In this document: piece by piece, positions 11,126 through 21,208 of the stretch | How the letters are laid out: each line of letters starts with the position of its first letter | How positions within the stretch are numbered: position 1 is the first letter of the stretch | Source of the DNA: Nitrosospira sp. | GTDB lineage: Bacteria; Pseudomonadota; Gammaproteobacteria; Burkholderiales; Nitrosomonadaceae | Length of the DNA stretch: 64,000 bases | Assembly (NCBI GenBank): GCA_013450215.1 | Contig: JACDSH010000015.1 | Location: 43,481-107,480 of the forward strand | Direction of reading: 5' to 3' | The notes under the pieces: generated by a model | The model's database searches: none | What the model saw: the letters and a program-made list of their open reading frames with translations, nothing else | What the model was told of the DNA's origin: nothing | Program-made: the position numbers and the translations under genes

Positions 11126-11859
11126 GAGCCCTAGTTTTTGCCTTGCTTTGGGGACTGAGTCTCTCTGCCTTAGCGGATGCAATACCCACCCGGATCGCTA
11201 TCAATTACTCAATCAGGTCAGGCGCCTTCGAAGGGGAAGCGAATGACACTCTGGAAATAAAGCTGGAGGATGGCACCCACAGCTATGCAATCAGCAGCGC
11301 AACTCGGGCCCTCGGTCTGCTGGCTCTGGCGCAGTCAGGTGATATCTTACGCGATAGCGTAGGCACTATCACCGAACAAGGACTACAGCCAAGCCGCTTC
11401 TTCGATCAGCGCCCCGACAAGTTACCAAGGGTATCCACCTTCGACTGGGAGAAGGGTTTACTGACCATCAATAACCGAGGAAGCGAGCAACAAAAGCCTC
11501 TTCCGATTGGCACCCAAGACAGACTAAGCTTTTTATATTGTTTTGCGTTCTCTCCCCCTCCGGGGGATGGACCTCTAGAGGTCTATGAGACAGATGGCAG
11601 AACCCTCAAGCTCGTTCACTATGTGGTTGATAAGGAGACACTTAAAACACCTATAGGCGAACTTGAGACCATCGTTCTGACAAAACAGCTACAAGGAGAT
11701 GACAAGCTCGTGCGTAAGATTTGGCTTGCCTCTGCTTATTACATGTTGCCGGTGCGTATCATGTCGACCGAAAGCGATCTCCTGTTAGATTATATGGTCA
11801 CAAGAATAAGCTCTGGTGCCGCAAGCGGACTCCGTCTGGAGATTGAGCTTTTACCGTAA
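11122..11859 (+). CDS. DUF3108-like exported protein
   Basis: 245 aa with a signal peptide (LSLSALA|DA). ATGA overlap with purN. The family assignment is from memory of beta-proteobacterial purN neighbours. Confidence 0.6.
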   Translation: MRALVFALLWGLSLSALADAIPTRIAINYSIRSGAFEGEANDTLEIKLEDGTHSYAISSATRALGLLALAQSGDILRDSVGTITEQGLQPSRFFDQRPDKLPRVSTFDWEKGLLTINNRGSEQQKPLPIGTQDRLSFLYCFAFSPPPGDGPLEVYETDGRTLKLVHYVVDKETLKTPIGELETIVLTKQLQGDDKLVRKIWLASAYYMLPVRIMSTESDLLLDYMVTRISSGAASGLRLEIELLP

Positions 11860-11948
11860 CTCGGGGCGGCATAATCCATTCCCTATTTTGACATTTACAG
11901 CTCCCGGGGGCCCTCACCCTCTTCACTTTTTTGTAGGATTTCTGATAG

Positions 11949-13208
11949 ATGCGTCTCACCCCTGATCACCTCGATATGACTACCGCCGCGCTACGCGCTG
12001 TACTCCCACTTGAGCATCCTGCCGATGCTATTTTGCGGCACTTTTTTCGTGATAGCCCTGAGCTCGGTTCAAATGATCGCGCTTTCATTACGGGAATAGT
12101 GTTCGGTATTCTTCGTCACAGATTCTTCCTTGAGCACGCCGCCAACACGACCACACCCCGCCCGCTTCTGCTTGCTTATCTAGTTAAATTTCAAGGCATG
12201 AACATGCGCGAACTGACGCCGCTCGTCAGCGAGTCAGAGGCTAAATGGCTTACAGGGATCAAGGCAGAGACACCTGAATCGCAGCCGCTTGCTATTCAAG
12301 CCGAGTTTCCTGAATGGCTGGTAGACAAACTGCGTGGAGGTATGACAGATCCTGATATTCTCAGCCTGGGTCGGTCGCTGCAGCAACCAGCATCACTGGA
12401 TCTACGCGTCAATACTCTGCTCACTAACCGTGATGAAGTGCTAGCAGCCTTAAAAAAAGATGGCATTGAGTGCGAGGCTACTCCCCTCTCTCCGAGCGGC
12501 ATCCGTCTGCCTGGCAAACCCACAATCAATCGTCATGAACTCTTTCTAACTGGCAGGGTGGAAGTACAAGACGAAGGTAGCCAGTTACTGGGTTACTTGC
12601 TTGCACCAAAACGCAACGACATGATTGTGGATTTCTGCGCCGGCGCTGGCGGCAAGACTCTGATGCTGGGTGCGTTGATGCACTCACAGGGCCGTGTTTA
12701 TGCCTTTGATATCTCTGAGAATCGTCTCAATAATTTAAAGCCGCGCCTCAAACGCTCCGGCCTATCCAATATACATCCGCAACGTATCTCTAATGAGAAT
12801 GACATCAAGGTCAAACGCCTGACCGGGAAAATCGATCGGGTTCTCGTGGACGCACCATGCAGCGGGCTTGGTACGCTGCGCAGGAATCCGGATTTGAAGT
12901 GGCGGCAATCTCCTCAGAGCATCGAAGATCTAAAACGTAAACAAGCATCGATCTTGTCATCCGCGTCTAACTTGCTCAAGCCTAGCGGAAGGCTAGTCTA
13001 CGCAACATGCAGTTTTTTGCCCGAGGAGAACCAAGAAATCATTGAGCGCTTTCTGATCGACCATCCTCGTTATTCTCTGCTGAGTTGCGCCGATCTTTTG
13101 TCACAACAGAAGATTCCATTAGACACCGGGAGATATCTACAGCTATCGCCCGCCCTTCATGGTACCGATTGTTTTTTTGCTGCCGCACTCGAACTTGCGG
13201 TGAAGTAA
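11949..13208 (+). CDS. RsmB/NOP2/Sun-family SAM-dependent RNA (cytosine-C5) methyltransferase
   Basis: 419 aa. SAM site DFCAGAGGKT, catalytic DAPCSGLGTLRRNPD and YATCS motifs, NusB-like N-terminus. Confidence 0.82.
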   Translation: MRLTPDHLDMTTAALRAVLPLEHPADAILRHFFRDSPELGSNDRAFITGIVFGILRHRFFLEHAANTTTPRPLLLAYLVKFQGMNMRELTPLVSESEAKWLTGIKAETPESQPLAIQAEFPEWLVDKLRGGMTDPDILSLGRSLQQPASLDLRVNTLLTNRDEVLAALKKDGIECEATPLSPSGIRLPGKPTINRHELFLTGRVEVQDEGSQLLGYLLAPKRNDMIVDFCAGAGGKTLMLGALMHSQGRVYAFDISENRLNNLKPRLKRSGLSNIHPQRISNENDIKVKRLTGKIDRVLVDAPCSGLGTLRRNPDLKWRQSPQSIEDLKRKQASILSSASNLLKPSGRLVYATCSFLPEENQEIIERFLIDHPRYSLLSCADLLSQQKIPLDTGRYLQLSPALHGTDCFFAAALELAVK

Positions 13209-13403
13209 TCATGGCTCAGGGATATATCCTCAGACTCAAGGAGCCTCTCACCAAACACTGAGACTCGTAACCATAGCGCCGACCCGAGTCCGCTTCCTAA
13301 CTCATGCTAAAATAAATCTTCGTTCTGACTCACTCCTATGTCGCCCAAAAACGAAATCCACAGCCCGCTACTCAGCCTGGTCACTCACATCCAAGAGGTG
13401 ATC

Positions 13404-14615
13404 ATGCTGTGGCAACTTGGTGTCTTGCTCTCAAGTCTTGGGCTTGCCTGGTTGGCACAGAGATTGCTCGCTGAGCGCATCAGCTCGAAAGTAAGCGTGG
13501 ACAATACACCCGTCATTAGTGCAGGCAACTTTAACCGGCTGATGGCCGCCATCTCAGCCCTCGTCCTAGTAGCTCTCGGCCGATGGGTGCTCAATCACTG
13601 GTACCCGACACATCTGCTCAATATTGCCATTCCATTACTCTTCGCGCTGGCACTGGTTCGCGTCACCATCTACATACTCCGCCGAGTTTTCCACGGCCAG
13701 CAGTGGCTCCATCCGTGGGAGCGTACCATCGGCTGGATCGTATGGTCCATCGTGGCACTACATATCATTGGCATACTGCCAGGGATACTGGACATGCTCG
13801 ATGCTGTGGCCTTTTACGCTGGTCAGCACCGACTCTCAGTAATGCTAATCCTTCAAGGGATACTGACATTGACGGCCAGCATGCTGCTGGCCCTCTGGCT
13901 CTCGAACTCACTCGAGTCGCGAGTTATGCGTATCGAAGCAATGGACAAGAGCCAGCGAGTGGTAGTGACAAAAGTCGCTCGCACCCTGCTTATTTTGCTG
14001 AGCGTGTTGATTACGCTACCAATCGTTGGGGTTGATATTACTGTGCTGTCAGTGTTCGGCGGCGCCCTCGGCGTAGGTTTAGGGCTGGGTTTGCAAAAAA
14101 TTGCGAGCAACTACGTCAGTGGTTTCATTATCCTGCTGGACCACTCGCTCCGACTTGGCGATATTGTGACCGTTGATAATCATACCGGCCGCGTCGTTGA
14201 CCTTACCAACCGATACGTAGTGCTGCATGGCCTCGATGGGGTCGAGTCCATCGTTCCCAACGACACCTTCATCACTTCTACCTTTGTCAAGCTGGCACAT
14301 ACCAATAACCGAGTACGTCTGGCACTTACCGTGCAGATAAGTTATGGAAGTCCGCTAGAAGCGGCTATGCGAATCATGCAGGAGGCAGCGCTCAAGCAAC
14401 CGCGTGTAATCTCCGAACCAGAGCCAGCGGTATTTCTAAAGGAGTTTGTCGACAACGGATTTAATCTAGAACTGCACTTCTGGATCAACGACCCAGAAGA
14501 GGGACAGATTGGATTGCGTTCCGATATCAATATGGAAATCTGGCAAGAGTTCCAGAATAACGGTATCGAGATCCCTTTCCCGCAGCAGGAGGTTCGCCTG
14601 ATTGATAAGGCCTAG
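13404..14615 (+). CDS. Mechanosensitive ion channel, MscS family
   Basis: TM helices followed by the MscS beta-domain (LRLGDIVTVDNHTGRVVDLTNRYVVL). Start moved to ATG 13404, which has a GAGGTG RBS 3 nt upstream. The track ATG at 13338 has no RBS. Confidence 0.82.
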   Translation: MLWQLGVLLSSLGLAWLAQRLLAERISSKVSVDNTPVISAGNFNRLMAAISALVLVALGRWVLNHWYPTHLLNIAIPLLFALALVRVTIYILRRVFHGQQWLHPWERTIGWIVWSIVALHIIGILPGILDMLDAVAFYAGQHRLSVMLILQGILTLTASMLLALWLSNSLESRVMRIEAMDKSQRVVVTKVARTLLILLSVLITLPIVGVDITVLSVFGGALGVGLGLGLQKIASNYVSGFIILLDHSLRLGDIVTVDNHTGRVVDLTNRYVVLHGLDGVESIVPNDTFITSTFVKLAHTNNRVRLALTVQISYGSPLEAAMRIMQEAALKQPRVISEPEPAVFLKEFVDNGFNLELHFWINDPEEGQIGLRSDINMEIWQEFQNNGIEIPFPQQEVRLIDKA

Positions 14616-14656
14616 CAGGATATGGCCACTAACAGCGATCCCGCGCGAGTCTTACT

Positions 14657-15055
14657 TCAGCAGGTTTGTGTTGTTTTTTTCTGAATGAACTCGATCTTGT
14701 AGCCATCCGGATCTTCTACAAAAGCGATCACTGTGACACCATGCTTCATCGGTCCCGCTTCACGCGTGACTTTGCCACCACGCCTTTTTACTTCCTCACA
14801 TGCGCGATAGGCGTCATCCACTTCGATTGCGACATGACCGTAACCCTCACCCAGATCATACCTCTCCACTCCCCAGTTATGGGTCAGTTCCAATACCGAA
14901 CCATCCACCTCATCCTGATAACCGACAAAGGCTAAAGTAAATTTTCCGTCCGAGTAGTCCCTACGGCGTAGCACTTTCATCCCCAGTACTTCAGTGTAAA
15001 AAACAATAGATTTTTCTAGATTACCCACCCTCAGCATGGTGTGCAAAATACGCAT
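14657..15055 (-). CDS. gloA: Lactoylglutathione lyase (glyoxalase I)
   Basis: 132 aa. [24 protein letters not shown]... is near-canonical GloA. Confidence 0.93.
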   Translation of the reverse strand: MRILHTMLRVGNLEKSIVFYTEVLGMKVLRRRDYSDGKFTLAFVGYQDEVDGSVLELTHNWGVERYDLGEGYGHVAIEVDDAYRACEEVKRRGGKVTREAGPMKHGVTVIAFVEDPDGYKIEFIQKKTTQTC

Positions 15056-15241
15056 TCAAATCTCAACCATTTCGAAATCATCTTTGCGCGCGGCACATTC
15101 TGGGCAGGTCCAGTTCATCGGCACGTCTTCCCAGCGTGTGCCGGGGGGAATTCCCTCTCCCGGCAACCCTTCAGCCTCATCGTAGATGAATCCACAGATA
15201 AGGCACATATAGCAACGGTACGGAGTTCCAGTAGCGAGCAT
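15056..15241 (-). CDS. Rubredoxin
   Basis: 61 aa with two CxxC knuckles (CLICG, CPEC) and the rubredoxin core YDE..G.P..GI.PGT.WED.P..W.CP.C. The stop abuts the gloA ATG (TGAATG). Confidence 0.9.
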   Translation of the reverse strand: MLATGTPYRCYMCLICGFIYDEAEGLPGEGIPPGTRWEDVPMNWTCPECAARKDDFEMVEI

Positions 15242-15286
15242 GATTAGAATGATTTAGGTTAAAATAATATTTTACGATATTAGCCC

Positions 15287-16138
15287 ATGTCTCAGCCACC
15301 CCCAATCGTACTTTCTTTTGCTGCAAGTGATCCCAGCGGGGGGGCGGGTATTCAGGCTGACATCCTGACTCTTGCAAGCATGGGTTGCCATCCACTGTCT
15401 GTGATCACGGCCATTACCGTGCAGGATACTGCTGGGGTAGATGGGGTTATGTCTTTGGATCCAGAGTGGGTCGCAGATCAAGCTCGTGCAGTACTGGAAG
15501 ACATGCCAGTGAATGTTTTTAAGATTGGGATGCTGGGAAGTGCTGAGATTATTATGGCTATTGCGGAGGTAATCTCTGATTATCCCGATATCCCTCTGGT
15601 TCTTGATCCAATACTCGCCTCCGGACGTGGTGACGAACTTGCCAACGAAGACATGTTGGCAACAATGCGTGAACTTTTACTCCCCCAAGCTACCATTATC
15701 ACTCCCAATAGCATAGAAGCGCGACGACTAGCACAGGACGATGATGATCAAGACTCACCAGACCTGCATCAATGTGCCCAGAGGCTCTTGGGTATGGGCT
15801 GTGAATACGTACTCATCACCGGCACTCATGAGAATACATCACAGGTTATAAATACCTTGTACCAATCGGATGTAGTCATCCGATCAGATGCCTGGCCGCG
15901 ACTTGCCGGTTCCTATCACGGCTCTGGATGCACGCTGGCCTCAGCCATTGCAGCTGCTATCGCCAATGGATTACCCATCGCCGAGTGCGTGTATGAAGCA
16001 CAAGAATACACATGGCGAACCCTGAAAGCAGGCTTCCGGCCAGGAATGGGACAATATGTACCGGACCGGTTATTCTGGGCTTACGATGCGACTGATGCTG
16101 AAAATGGTGACAAAACACCTACTGCCGCAAAAAATTGA
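15287..16138 (+). CDS. thiD: Hydroxymethylpyrimidine/phosphomethylpyrimidine kinase
   Basis: 283 aa. DPSGGAGIQADI and HGSGCTLASAIAA motifs. Confidence 0.92.
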   Translation: MSQPPPIVLSFAASDPSGGAGIQADILTLASMGCHPLSVITAITVQDTAGVDGVMSLDPEWVADQARAVLEDMPVNVFKIGMLGSAEIIMAIAEVISDYPDIPLVLDPILASGRGDELANEDMLATMRELLLPQATIITPNSIEARRLAQDDDDQDSPDLHQCAQRLLGMGCEYVLITGTHENTSQVINTLYQSDVVIRSDAWPRLAGSYHGSGCTLASAIAAAIANGLPIAECVYEAQEYTWRTLKAGFRPGMGQYVPDRLFWAYDATDAENGDKTPTAAKN

Positions 16139-16793
16139 AGGTCTTTATGCGATCACGCCAGACGTGGCTGATACGGCACTCTTGGTTAGAATGACTCGTC
16201 AGGTACTAGCAGGCGGAGCACGTCTGGTCCAGTATCGCAACAAGACAGCCGAGGCTGAACTACGCCTTGACCAAGCACAGACGTTACTTAATCTTTGTCG
16301 GGAACACAATGTCCCCCTCATCATTAATGATCATCTCGACCTTGCTATTGCTGTTGGTGCAGATGGAATACATCTAGGACAGGATGACATCCCCGTAGCT
16401 ACCGCGCGGTACAGGCTCGGACCTGAGAAAATTATTGGCGTCTCCTGTTACAATCACATGGAGCTTGCTACTGAGGCTGAGAAGCAAGGCGTTGACTATG
16501 TTGCTTTCGGTGCGTTTTTTGTTTCCCCCACCAAGCCTAATACAGTGACTGCACCCATGAGCCTGCTACGCCAGTCAAGACAGATGCTGCATGTTCCAGT
16601 GGTGGCTATTGGCGGAATTACACTGCCACATGTCGCGGACCTGATCCGCCACGGTGCTGATGTAATCGCCGCGAGCAGCTCACTTTTTGGTGTTCTTGAC
16701 ACCCAGTCTGCGGCAGAAAATTTTTCTCGACTAATCACGCAAAGCCGACACTCTATCCACCACCCTTATGAGCGACCCCATGACTTCACGTAA
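16104..16793 (+). CDS. thiE: Thiamine-phosphate synthase
   Basis: [25 protein letters not shown] and AIGGI motifs. Start uncertain (ATG 16104 chosen; 16056, 16086 and 16095 are also in frame). Overlaps the thiD 3' end. Confidence 0.85.
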   Translation: MVTKHLLPQKIEGLYAITPDVADTALLVRMTRQVLAGGARLVQYRNKTAEAELRLDQAQTLLNLCREHNVPLIINDHLDLAIAVGADGIHLGQDDIPVATARYRLGPEKIIGVSCYNHMELATEAEKQGVDYVAFGAFFVSPTKPNTVTAPMSLLRQSRQMLHVPVVAIGGITLPHVADLIRHGADVIAASSSLFGVLDTQSAAENFSRLITQSRHSIHHPYERPHDFT

Positions 16794-18063
16794 CCAGCAA
16801 TTATTCGAACTCTCTCAGAAGTGCATTCCCGGCGGCGTCAACTCCCCGGTTCGTGCATTTAAATCGGTAGGCGGGGTGCCGATATTCTTTCAGCGGGGTC
16901 AAGGTGCCTACGTATGGGATGCAGACAACAAACCCTACCTGGATTATGTGGGGTCCTGGGGGCCACTAATCTTGGGTCATGCCCACCCTGATGTGATCAA
17001 AGCGGTGATGGAAAAAGCTCAGAACGGATTGACTTTTGGTGCGCCCACCGAAGCAGAACTAGAAATAGCACAGGTGCTATGTGCACGAGTCCCTTCAATA
17101 GAGCAGGTGCGCCTTGTAAGTTCCGGAACTGAAGCCACCATGAGCGCTATCCGCTTAGCACGGGGCTATACCGGCAGAAGCCGCATCATTAAGTTTGAGG
17201 GCTGCTATCACGGTCATGAGGATGCCCTTCTCGTGAAGGCGGGTTCTGGTGCGCTCACCTTCGGCTATCCAAGCTCTGCTGGAGTCCCTGCAGAGACCGC
17301 AGCTCATACAATGGTGCTGGATTACAACGACCTAGCCGGACTAGAACAAGCATTCTCTGAGTCTGGTAACGAAATTGCCGCGGTCATCGTTGAACCGGTT
17401 GTGGGCAATATGAACTTAGTATTGCCGAAGCCCGGTTTCCTCGCGGCTTTGCGCTCTCTGTGCACGAAACACGGCAGTGTACTGATTTTTGATGAGGTGA
17501 TGACGGGCTTTCGAGTTAGTGCTACCTGCGCTCAAGGCCTCTATGGCATCAGGCCCGACCTTACAACGCTCGGGAAGGTGATCGGGGGGGGGATGCCGAT
17601 GGCTGCCTTTGGCGGGAAACGTGAAATCATGCAATGCCTAGCTCCACTGGGTCCGGTTTACCAAGCCGGCACACTTTCCGGGAACCCTGTTGCAGTTGCC
17701 GCAGGGCTGGCCACCTTACGGCTTGTCCAGGCAGCGGGATTCTATGAAAAGCTTTCTGCCAGCACTCGGCAACTTACAGAGGGACTTACTGCAGCTGCAA
17801 AGAAGCATGGTATTGTTTTTTGTGCACAGTCAGTGGGGGGGATGTTCGGTCTCTACTTCAGAGCAAGCCCGCCGACCAGTTATGCAGAAGTGATGGAATG
17901 TAATAAAGAAGCCTTCAACCACTTCTTCCATGCCATGCTGAGCAAGGGCATCTATTTCGCCCCATCCGCATTCGAGGCCGGGTTTGTTTCTGCTGCTCAT
18001 ACCGCTGAGGATATCAACAAAACTTTGGCCGCGGCCGATCAAATATTCGGCGAGTGGAAATAA
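16768..18063 (+). CDS. hemL: Glutamate-1-semialdehyde 2,1-aminomutase
   Basis: 431 aa. [12 protein letters not shown] and the PLP-lysine region [11 protein letters not shown]. Overlaps the thiE 3' end (alternative ATG at 16780). Confidence 0.95.
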   Translation: MSDPMTSRNQQLFELSQKCIPGGVNSPVRAFKSVGGVPIFFQRGQGAYVWDADNKPYLDYVGSWGPLILGHAHPDVIKAVMEKAQNGLTFGAPTEAELEIAQVLCARVPSIEQVRLVSSGTEATMSAIRLARGYTGRSRIIKFEGCYHGHEDALLVKAGSGALTFGYPSSAGVPAETAAHTMVLDYNDLAGLEQAFSESGNEIAAVIVEPVVGNMNLVLPKPGFLAALRSLCTKHGSVLIFDEVMTGFRVSATCAQGLYGIRPDLTTLGKVIGGGMPMAAFGGKREIMQCLAPLGPVYQAGTLSGNPVAVAAGLATLRLVQAAGFYEKLSASTRQLTEGLTAAAKKHGIVFCAQSVGGMFGLYFRASPPTSYAEVMECNKEAFNHFFHAMLSKGIYFAPSAFEAGFVSAAHTAEDINKTLAAADQIFGEWK

Positions 18064-18087
18064 CAAAGGCGGCCGAGGCCGCCTTTG
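18064..18087. terminator. GC-rich hairpin between convergent hemL and the cytochrome c4 gene
   Basis: CAAAGGCGGCC-GA-GGCCGCCTTTG, an 11-bp perfect inverted repeat immediately after the hemL TAA. T-runs are weak. Confidence 0.6.
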
Positions 18088-18108
18088 TAGAAACATTGCC
18101 CCTCAGGT

Positions 18109-18735
18109 CTAGCGTAGGCCGGAAATAAACTCCGATACCGCTTGCATTTCTTTCTCTGTCATATGATTGACGATCATATGCATCATCTCATTCTCACGGG
18201 TCTCTGTCCTAAAAGCCCTTAATTGTGCCAGGGTATACTCCGCATGCTGACCGGCAATCCGTGGGTAGGCCGGAGGGATGCCCCCTCCATTGGGAGAGTG
18301 ACAGCTGGCACAGGCCGGTACGTTGCTTTCAATATTGCCACCACGATAGACCTTCCGACCCAGCTCCGCCAACGTTTTATCCTTGGCCCCTGTGACCTTA
18401 GGAATTTGCTGAGCATAATAAGCGCCGATATCCTTCATGTCATCAGGTGACAGCCCCGCCACCATTGCACCCATGATCGGGTTATTGCGTGTAGCAGGCT
18501 TGCCTTCCTGAACTTTGAAATTCATCAGTTGCTTGGCGGTATACTCGGCATGTTGTCCGGCCAGAATTGGATTGGTCGGGATGACGCTATTGCCATCAGC
18601 ACTGTGACATCCCGCACAAACCTGAGTTGCAATCTGCTGACCCTTGGCTGCATCAGCTTTGGTAGCAGATTCGGCAAATGTTTGCATGGACACTGCCAGC
18701 ATAGCCAGCATTGCCAATGGTGATGCTACTTTCAT
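18109..18735 (-). CDS. Di-heme cytochrome c4
   Basis: Two CxxCH motifs (CAGCH, CASCH) in two repeated class-I domains. Signal peptide MKVASPLAMLAMLAVSMQTFA. Start at ATG 18735 rather than the track's 18798. Confidence 0.88.
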   Translation of the reverse strand: MKVASPLAMLAMLAVSMQTFAESATKADAAKGQQIATQVCAGCHSADGNSVIPTNPILAGQHAEYTAKQLMNFKVQEGKPATRNNPIMGAMVAGLSPDDMKDIGAYYAQQIPKVTGAKDKTLAELGRKVYRGGNIESNVPACASCHSPNGGGIPPAYPRIAGQHAEYTLAQLRAFRTETRENEMMHMIVNHMTEKEMQAVSEFISGLR

Positions 18736-18834
18736 GCCTTGCATTCCCGAGACCCCCGAAAAAGTGATATTCATGCCCTTGATTTCGAATTCTAACAAGA
18801 TAAGGCCTTGTTAACAACAACAAACCATTAACAA

Positions 18835-19159
18835 ATGAAAGCACTATTTTTTCTATTATTAATTACCAATGTGGTTTTTGCGCTCTATATTAAATCGCGA
18901 CTGAAGCTCAGTCGTAATGCGCCACTGCCAGCGGAGATTCGCCCGGAAAAGATTAGATTGCTACCCATTACTGAGACCGCACCTACCCTTGCGGTCCCCG
19001 CCTGTCTGGAGTGGGGGCTTTATCGGAACCGACCTGCAACGTGCTGAAGCGGCTATTGCCAAGCTGCAATTGGCTGACAATCTCGGCCGGCATAAGGTCG
19101 GCGAAGTTACCGCCTACTGGGTAAATGCTTGCTGTCGTTCTTGCAAAGCGCTGCTGTAA
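18835..19159 (+). pseudogene. Frameshifted (and probably 3'-truncated) membrane-anchored SPOR-like protein gene
   Basis: Frame 1 (18835..19047) encodes an N-terminal TM anchor up to ...ACLEWG. The homologous sequence continues in frame 2 (FIGTDLQRAEAAIAKLQLADNLG...YWV). The shift is at the G5 run 19013-19017; removing one G restores CLEWGFIGTDLQRAE. Confidence 0.5.
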
Positions 19160-19202
19160 CCCCCATCATACATTTTGCTCATCTGACTAATTGGATACGA
19201 CT

Positions 19203-20003
19203 ATGACGGTACACCCCAAATCTCCACAAGAGATCGAGAAAATGCGAGTGGCAGGTAAGCTTGCTTCAGAAGTTCTTGATTATATTTCTCCTTTTGTAAA
19301 GCCGGGGATCACCACGGCTGAGATTGATAAGCTATGCCATGATTACATGGTTAATGTGCAGGAGACCATCCCTGCGCCACTCAATTATGCCCCACCTGGA
19401 TACTCACCCTATCCGAAATCTATTTGCACCTCGGTAAACCATCAGGTCTGCCATGGCATCCCGGGGGAGAAGAAATTAAAGACTGGCGATATCGTTAACA
19501 TTGATGTGACTGTCATCAAGAATGGCTATCACGGCGACACCAGTCGCATGTACTACGTAGGGGAACCTCCGATCCAGGCCAAGCGTCTATGTGAGATTAC
19601 GTATGAATCGATGTGGCGTGGCATTGATGAAATCAAACCCGGCAAGTATCTGGGCGATGTCGGTCATGCTATCCAGAGCTTTGCCGAAGGCAAAGGGTGC
19701 AGCATAGTCAAAGAATTCTGCGGTCATGGTATCGGCGCAAAGTTTCATGAGGAACCGCAAGTGCTTCACTATGGACGCATTGGGACTGGACTCCAACTCA
19801 AGGCCGGCATGATTTTTACGGTTGAGCCGATGGTTAATGCAGGCAAAGCACCCATACGTCAACTGGCAGATGGCTGGACCATCGTCACCAAGGACCATAG
19901 TCTATCGGCTCAGTGGGAGCATACCGTCCTAGTCACCGAAATGGGGCACGAAGTATTAACACTATCCGCCGGTGCGCCACCGAAACCTAAGTTCGGTTCC
20001 TGA
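19203..20003 (+). CDS. map: Type I methionine aminopeptidase
   Basis: 266 aa from ATG 19203 (the track start at 19191 is TTG). Has the canonical Map blocks VCHGIPG, DVT..K.GYHGD, HGIG and EPM. Confidence 0.94.
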   Translation: MTVHPKSPQEIEKMRVAGKLASEVLDYISPFVKPGITTAEIDKLCHDYMVNVQETIPAPLNYAPPGYSPYPKSICTSVNHQVCHGIPGEKKLKTGDIVNIDVTVIKNGYHGDTSRMYYVGEPPIQAKRLCEITYESMWRGIDEIKPGKYLGDVGHAIQSFAEGKGCSIVKEFCGHGIGAKFHEEPQVLHYGRIGTGLQLKAGMIFTVEPMVNAGKAPIRQLADGWTIVTKDHSLSAQWEHTVLVTEMGHEVLTLSAGAPPKPKFGS

Positions 20004-20231
20004 TTTACATGTCTCGGCGACACTTGGTACTTGCAGATTTTGGTCTCAGTGTTGACGATAAAAGCGTCAATGCCTGACCGCAGAACATAACGAGAATATT
20101 TTTGAGAAGGATTAATAGACGCTGAAGGGAACAACCATTCAGATCTATTTGAAGCGGGTTATTGAAGGTTCTGCCAGCTATGAACGGGTGCGTAGCCTCT
20201 CAGCCTCCGCACCTCCCGTCGACTTACAGAT

Positions 20232-20975
20232 TTAGTGCAGCGTTACAGCTTCCATGCGTTCGCAGTCAAGATCTGCACAGTAGTTCTCGTAGACTCCATC
20301 CAGGAATCCCCACAATGCTTCACAAGCCTGAGTGGTTGCCGCCAATACCTCGGCCCGCTTCTCTGGAGTATCAGCAAAGCGCTTAATGAGCTCCCATTCT
20401 GCTTGTGAGTGGTGCACGTCAGCCTCTTGGTGTACTGTAAAAAATTCATAGCTGTCAGGATCTTTCATCCCATAAAATTTAGACAAGCCATCTATCTTCA
20501 CCGCAGCAATTTCAGGCACTTGCGACTCAAACGCATGTAACGCAGCCAAGCCCGCATAGAATGGTTGATTCAGACAGATATCACGAAACGTCTCGACCAG
20601 TTTCGCTGTACCCGGTAGCACAGCGGCGGCTGCCAAACTCTTGTCACTCGAACCCAGCGCTAATGCAAAGCGCTTCCACAATGCAGGGTGATTCTTATCA
20701 CCGTGCTCTTCGCTGATCAGATTCTTCAATACTTCCTGCCGGACGCTGATATCACCGCTGTTATTTTCTGTATGCATATGCGGGGTATTGAAATGTACTG
20801 CGCTCAAATAAGTTGGTTCAGCAAGAACATTATGGAAGTACTGTTCCGCGTACTGGCGCAATTGTTCTTTGGACAGCTTACCCTCCGTCCAGGCCACGTA
20901 GAAAGGGTGCTTGAGAAGACTCTTCGCAGCAATAATGGAATCAATCTCTTCCTTGAGCATCGCGTTGGTCGTCAT
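20232..20975 (-). CDS. CADD/heme-oxygenase-like di-metal oxidase (TenA/PqqC superfamily); probable non-canonical 4-aminobenzoate synthase
   Basis: 247 aa. Collinear with Chlamydia CADD by eye: HPFYVAW..G.LSKEQL..YA..Y, P.YLSA.H. Ligand blocks are SEEHGDKNH (E-x6-H), FESQ and HQEADVHH (E-x3-D-x2-H). Confidence 0.75.
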   Translation of the reverse strand: MTTNAMLKEEIDSIIAAKSLLKHPFYVAWTEGKLSKEQLRQYAEQYFHNVLAEPTYLSAVHFNTPHMHTENNSGDISVRQEVLKNLISEEHGDKNHPALWKRFALALGSSDKSLAAAAVLPGTAKLVETFRDICLNQPFYAGLAALHAFESQVPEIAAVKIDGLSKFYGMKDPDSYEFFTVHQEADVHHSQAEWELIKRFADTPEKRAEVLAATTQACEALWGFLDGVYENYCADLDCERMEAVTLH

Positions 20976-20996
20976 GGTTTTTCCTATTGAATAGAG

Positions 20997-21022
20997 TTGA
21001 TTAATTGATAATGCGTATCATC
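20997..21022. promoter_or_regulatory. Weak Fur-box-like AT-rich element upstream of the CADD-like gene
   Basis: TTGATTAATTGATAATGCGTATCATC lies 22-47 bp upstream of the ATG. It has one perfect GATAAT hexamer plus two 4/6 hexamers, and about 13/19 matches to GATAATGATAATCATTATC. Confidence 0.25.
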
Positions 21023-21208
21023 GCCAAATAATATCCCTAAGTCAAATTTTGGTGCGCATAATTCTGGCCGATTAAACGACTACGCTCTTAAAAATAAGGC
21101 GGCCTCATGAGATATCTGTACCCATCTTAATGGCGCTACTTAATTCCTTGCCCCATCACCTGCCCATTAGCAGATAAACTGTAACCTAATCTACTACTGG
21201 ATAACCTT

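Noticed and set aside
15242-15286. TPP riboswitch upstream of thiD-thiE
   Set aside because: The gap is only 45 nt, which is too short, and contains no CUGAGA/ACCUGA THI-box elements.
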